Origin: Novakomyces olei
Lineage: Eukaryota
Length of the DNA stretch: 64,000 nucleotides
Direction of reading: 5' to 3'
NCBI GenBank assembly: GCA_016906335.1
Contig: JADEYG010000002.1
Span: forward strand, 992,001 to 1,056,000
The notes beneath the pieces were generated by a model. The model was not told the origin of the DNA. It saw only the letters and a program-made list of their open reading frames with translations, and made no database searches. Shown piece after piece: positions 61,221 through 64,000 of the stretch. A program made the translations under genes and the position numbers. Position 1 is the first letter of the stretch. Each line of letters opens with the position of its first letter.

Positions 61221-62048
61221 ATGGCCGTACGCGCGTGTACAATGAGCACGCTACGGCGGCAATGCGTACCGCGCGGCACAAGGCAGCTGCACAGTTTACC
61301 AAAGCTTATATTTCCGGAAGGCTCAGACGCAATTGCCCCGGTATTTGATGCGAAAGGTTTCAAGACGGCGTGGACCGACCACCAGAGCAATTTAATTGAG
61401 TCTTTAAACAGTCAAGTTAAAGGTAAGAACTCGCGAAAAAAATTGAGTAAAATCAGTCTGACAATTGCAGGCACTCCGCTAGAAGATGCCTCGGTACTGA
61501 CTACGGTACTCCGGTCGTTCAACCGCTCGTCACTGGCTCCTGTCTTCAATTATGCCGCACAGGCACACAACAATCATTTCTTTTTCACTCAGCTGACTCC
61601 TGCTTCCACTCAGCCCTCTTTGTCCGGAGCTTTACTCGAGGCCATCATACAGCAGTTTGGTTCGGTGGAGCAGTTTCGCGAAGAGCTGCTTGAGACCGCG
61701 GATAGCTTGTTTGGAAACGGATGGGTATGGCTCGTGTTGGATCAAACACAGACTCTTCGGTTTTTCCCTACGTATAACGCGGGCACTCCGTACATTTGGG
61801 GCCGGCGACAGTCAACTGACCCAAACACGGGACAAAGCCTGGTGGGGTTCGTAGCGGCTCAACGGTACTCGTTGATTCCGCTCCTGAACGTTTGCTGCTG
61901 GCAGCATTGCTACGTCGAGCGGTATGGCGTGGCCGGCCGGCGTGCCTACCTCGAGGACTGGTGGTCCTGCATTGACTGGTCAAAGGTCAACAGCATATAC
62001 CAAAAAGCACGCGATCCCTTGGAAGTCACACCCATCTTTTCGCCATAG
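61221..62048 (+). CDS. RSM26: Mitochondrial small-subunit ribosomal protein of Fe/Mn-SOD fold (Rsm26/mS42-like)
   Basis: Presequence; AWTDHQ..L..LN, FNYAAQAHNNHFFF, FGNGWVWLV, TYNAGTP, PLLNVCCWQHCY; SOD metal ligands are degenerate. 48-nt intron 61423-61470. Confidence 0.82.
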   Translation: MAVRACTMSTLRRQCVPRGTRQLHSLPKLIFPEGSDAIAPVFDAKGFKTAWTDHQSNLIESLNSQVKGKNSRKKLSKISLTIAGTPLEDASVLTTVLRSFNRSSLAPVFNYAAQAHNNHFFFTQLTPASTQPSLSGALLEAIIQQFGSVEQFREELLETADSLFGNGWVWLVLDQTQTLRFFPTYNAGTPYIWGRRQSTDPNTGQSLVGFVAAQRYSLIPLLNVCCWQHCYVERYGVAGRRAYLEDWWSCIDWSKVNSIYQKARDPLEVTPIFSP

Positions 62049-62541
62049 AAGCATTTGCACAGACTGTAAATTGAAATCAGTGTTGATTTAAAGCGAATCG
62101 CTCGCTATTTTTTACTTTGTAATGTATCCAGTACGTATGAATAAGTGTATGCTTGTAATTATAGTCACGATTTTTGGGCATCTATACGGGTATCGAGTAA
62201 AAGTTGGGCAAAGGCTGAATGCGGTTGCCATTTGACACGGAATATTTCAATTATGGCAAAGTAAAAATAGCCTTGTGCCAATTCAAAAATTATCTTATTC
62301 CCAAAGATAAGAAATAACTCGGTTCAAATAGTAAATACAAAACTTTTAAAAATCAGAAAAATATGTTCAAAAACATAGCGTAGTTTGAAATAGCTTTAAA
62401 GCCGGAACAATTTGCTATTCAATTTTCAAAATGCAAAAACCAACTGAAAACGTTTGGCTTCTATATAGTCACTAATGCTAGATGGCCACACACACCACGC
62501 CGAGCCGTTCATGTAAACTTTCACAAATCAGCTCTCTCTTT

Positions 62542-64000
62542 TTATTCGAACCCGGCGTCTTCCAGCCCAATAGACCCATGGGTTTGGAAACGCTCTCCAA
62601 TCAATCGGAGACGCACGAAATTGCTGCCACCTCCACTGGCCCCGAGCCATTCAGGACTAAACAAGCATTTCAGCAGTTTAACACCCTGCTGCCCATAGGT
62701 TTGCACGAATTGTGGTCCTGCAATATCACAAAAAGTGGCGACCATCGCACACGTAGTTTGAGCAAGATCCTTACCCTTTGGATCAAGTATCATTTTAACG
62801 GGCGAGTATCTGTTTGCCAGTCTTGCCATTAGTGTCCAACCGTGAGACATACCGTAAGGATTTTGGCCCGGGGCCGTTTGTACTATAGCTGCGTAAAGAG
62901 CAAAAATACCACTCATTCTCTCCGTATAGTTTGCTCCGTCCTCCCATTTATTCTCGTTGCCCCCGCGTCGAAACCCGAGAGCTTTGCGTCCGGGTTCTGT
63001 GTCGGTAGAAAAGTCGGTTAAAGGTATGACCCAGGGACAGTTTTTCACTATACGTGCAATCAGCAAATCACATAAACGCGGATGCTGTTGCATTAAAAGC
63101 ACGCATACGGCGGCTAGGGGAAAGGCCGTTTTAGGTGCAACTGTGACTTCAGTTTCAGCTTGTTTAACAACCGCCTTGCACAGAAAATTAAGACACCAAG
63201 AAAAAGCCAGTTCCGATATGGATTGAGCTTCAGTCAAAACTTGATTTAAAGCAGCCGTGACCTGTTCAATTTGGTTGATCGACTGTGTCAGCTGACCTAT
63301 TCTTGGCGTAATTTTCCTCTTGAACGAAAAGCACTGTGTGCGTAATGCCTTGTCTTGAGAGACTGGCTCCAACACTTGGGTCTTGAGTCGGGAGATTATA
63401 TCCATATAGCCTCTGTATTCTCGAAGAGGCAGGCTCTTTGAAGAATCAGCAAGCTGCTTTTCTTCTTTTCTTTTGGCTTCTTCTTCAGCCTGCTTTTCAC
63501 GCTTTTGCCGTTCCAATTCTTGCCTTCTTGCTTCTTGCTGCCTTTGCATCTCCTTTTGTTGCTCCTCTCTCTGCTGCTCTTGGAGTGCCTGTTCCACTTT
63601 CCTTCTTTCCTCCTGCCTTTGCTTTTCTAACCTTTGTTCTTCCCGTAGCTTTTCCTCCCGCCGCTGTGCCTCGATACGCTGCAGCTCTTCCTGGCGCCTT
63701 CTCTCCTGCTCTATATGCAATCCAATGGCCGCGTCAATATGCTCCCACAACTTTGCTGGTTCCCATTCGTCATTAGCAGGCAGTGGCGTCTCTGGTAATA
63801 GCTCTCTAGTCTCCCTTACCGCCACTGCGTCTTCGTCCAGTAACCGGCTCTCCTGTGCCTTTTTACTTTGCACCCATTTGTCGATATTGTCTTGCACGGC
63901 CCGCCACTCTTGCCGTTTTTCTCGCAATGCGTCCTGCACGTTAGCCCACTAATACGTACTACACCCTCAAGGCCAGTCTTACCGACAAGCAATTTAAAGT
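62542..64000 (-). CDS. GLE1: mRNA export factor Gle1, 5' end beyond the window
   Basis: E/Q/R coiled coil, then KRKITPRIGQLT, LNFLCKAVVKQAETEV, PLA, Y.ERMSGIFALYAAI, W..MARL.N. Intron 63982-63934. Confidence 0.92.

Noticed and set aside
61221..62048. Fe/Mn superoxide dismutase
   Set aside because: Metal-ligand motifs are degenerate (CCWQHCY in place of DxWEHAY); it fits the SOD-fold mitoribosomal protein better.

Overview
Gene-dense eukaryotic (ascomycete fungal) chromosomal DNA with about 30 housekeeping genes and about 46 inferred spliceosomal introns (GT-AG, CTRAY-type branch sites, many only 37-59 nt). Gene content (UreG, Pin4), minimal introns and a Homol D/Homol E promoter at RPL32 fit a non-Saccharomyces ascomycete, possibly Taphrinomycotina; this placement is an inference. 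Recognisable genes include RPL32, eIF4B, FMP27/Hobbit, GLO2, NAD kinase, QCR9, a NOPCHAP1-like gene, GDA1, FAB1, RDS3, NSP1, RRP7, Ran, UreG, an SDR, a ModF-like ABC ATPase, 14-3-3, STS1/cut8, a Tag1-like gene, PIN4, a phosphoglucomutase, SEC12, IDI1, RSM26 and GLE1. I saw no transposon, tRNA, rRNA or CRISPR array. Main observations: (1) an orphan ORF becomes a twin-Cx9C protein once a hidden intron is removed; (2) stable hairpins in the Ran and 14-3-3 introns; (3) TTAGGG-type motifs recurring upstream of start codons; (4) pervasive locus-specific AT-rich microsatellites and short tandem duplications in promoters, introns and CDSs; (5) several stop-free 3n introns and AAG acceptors. All exon structures and identities were inferred by eye, without alignments or RNA data.
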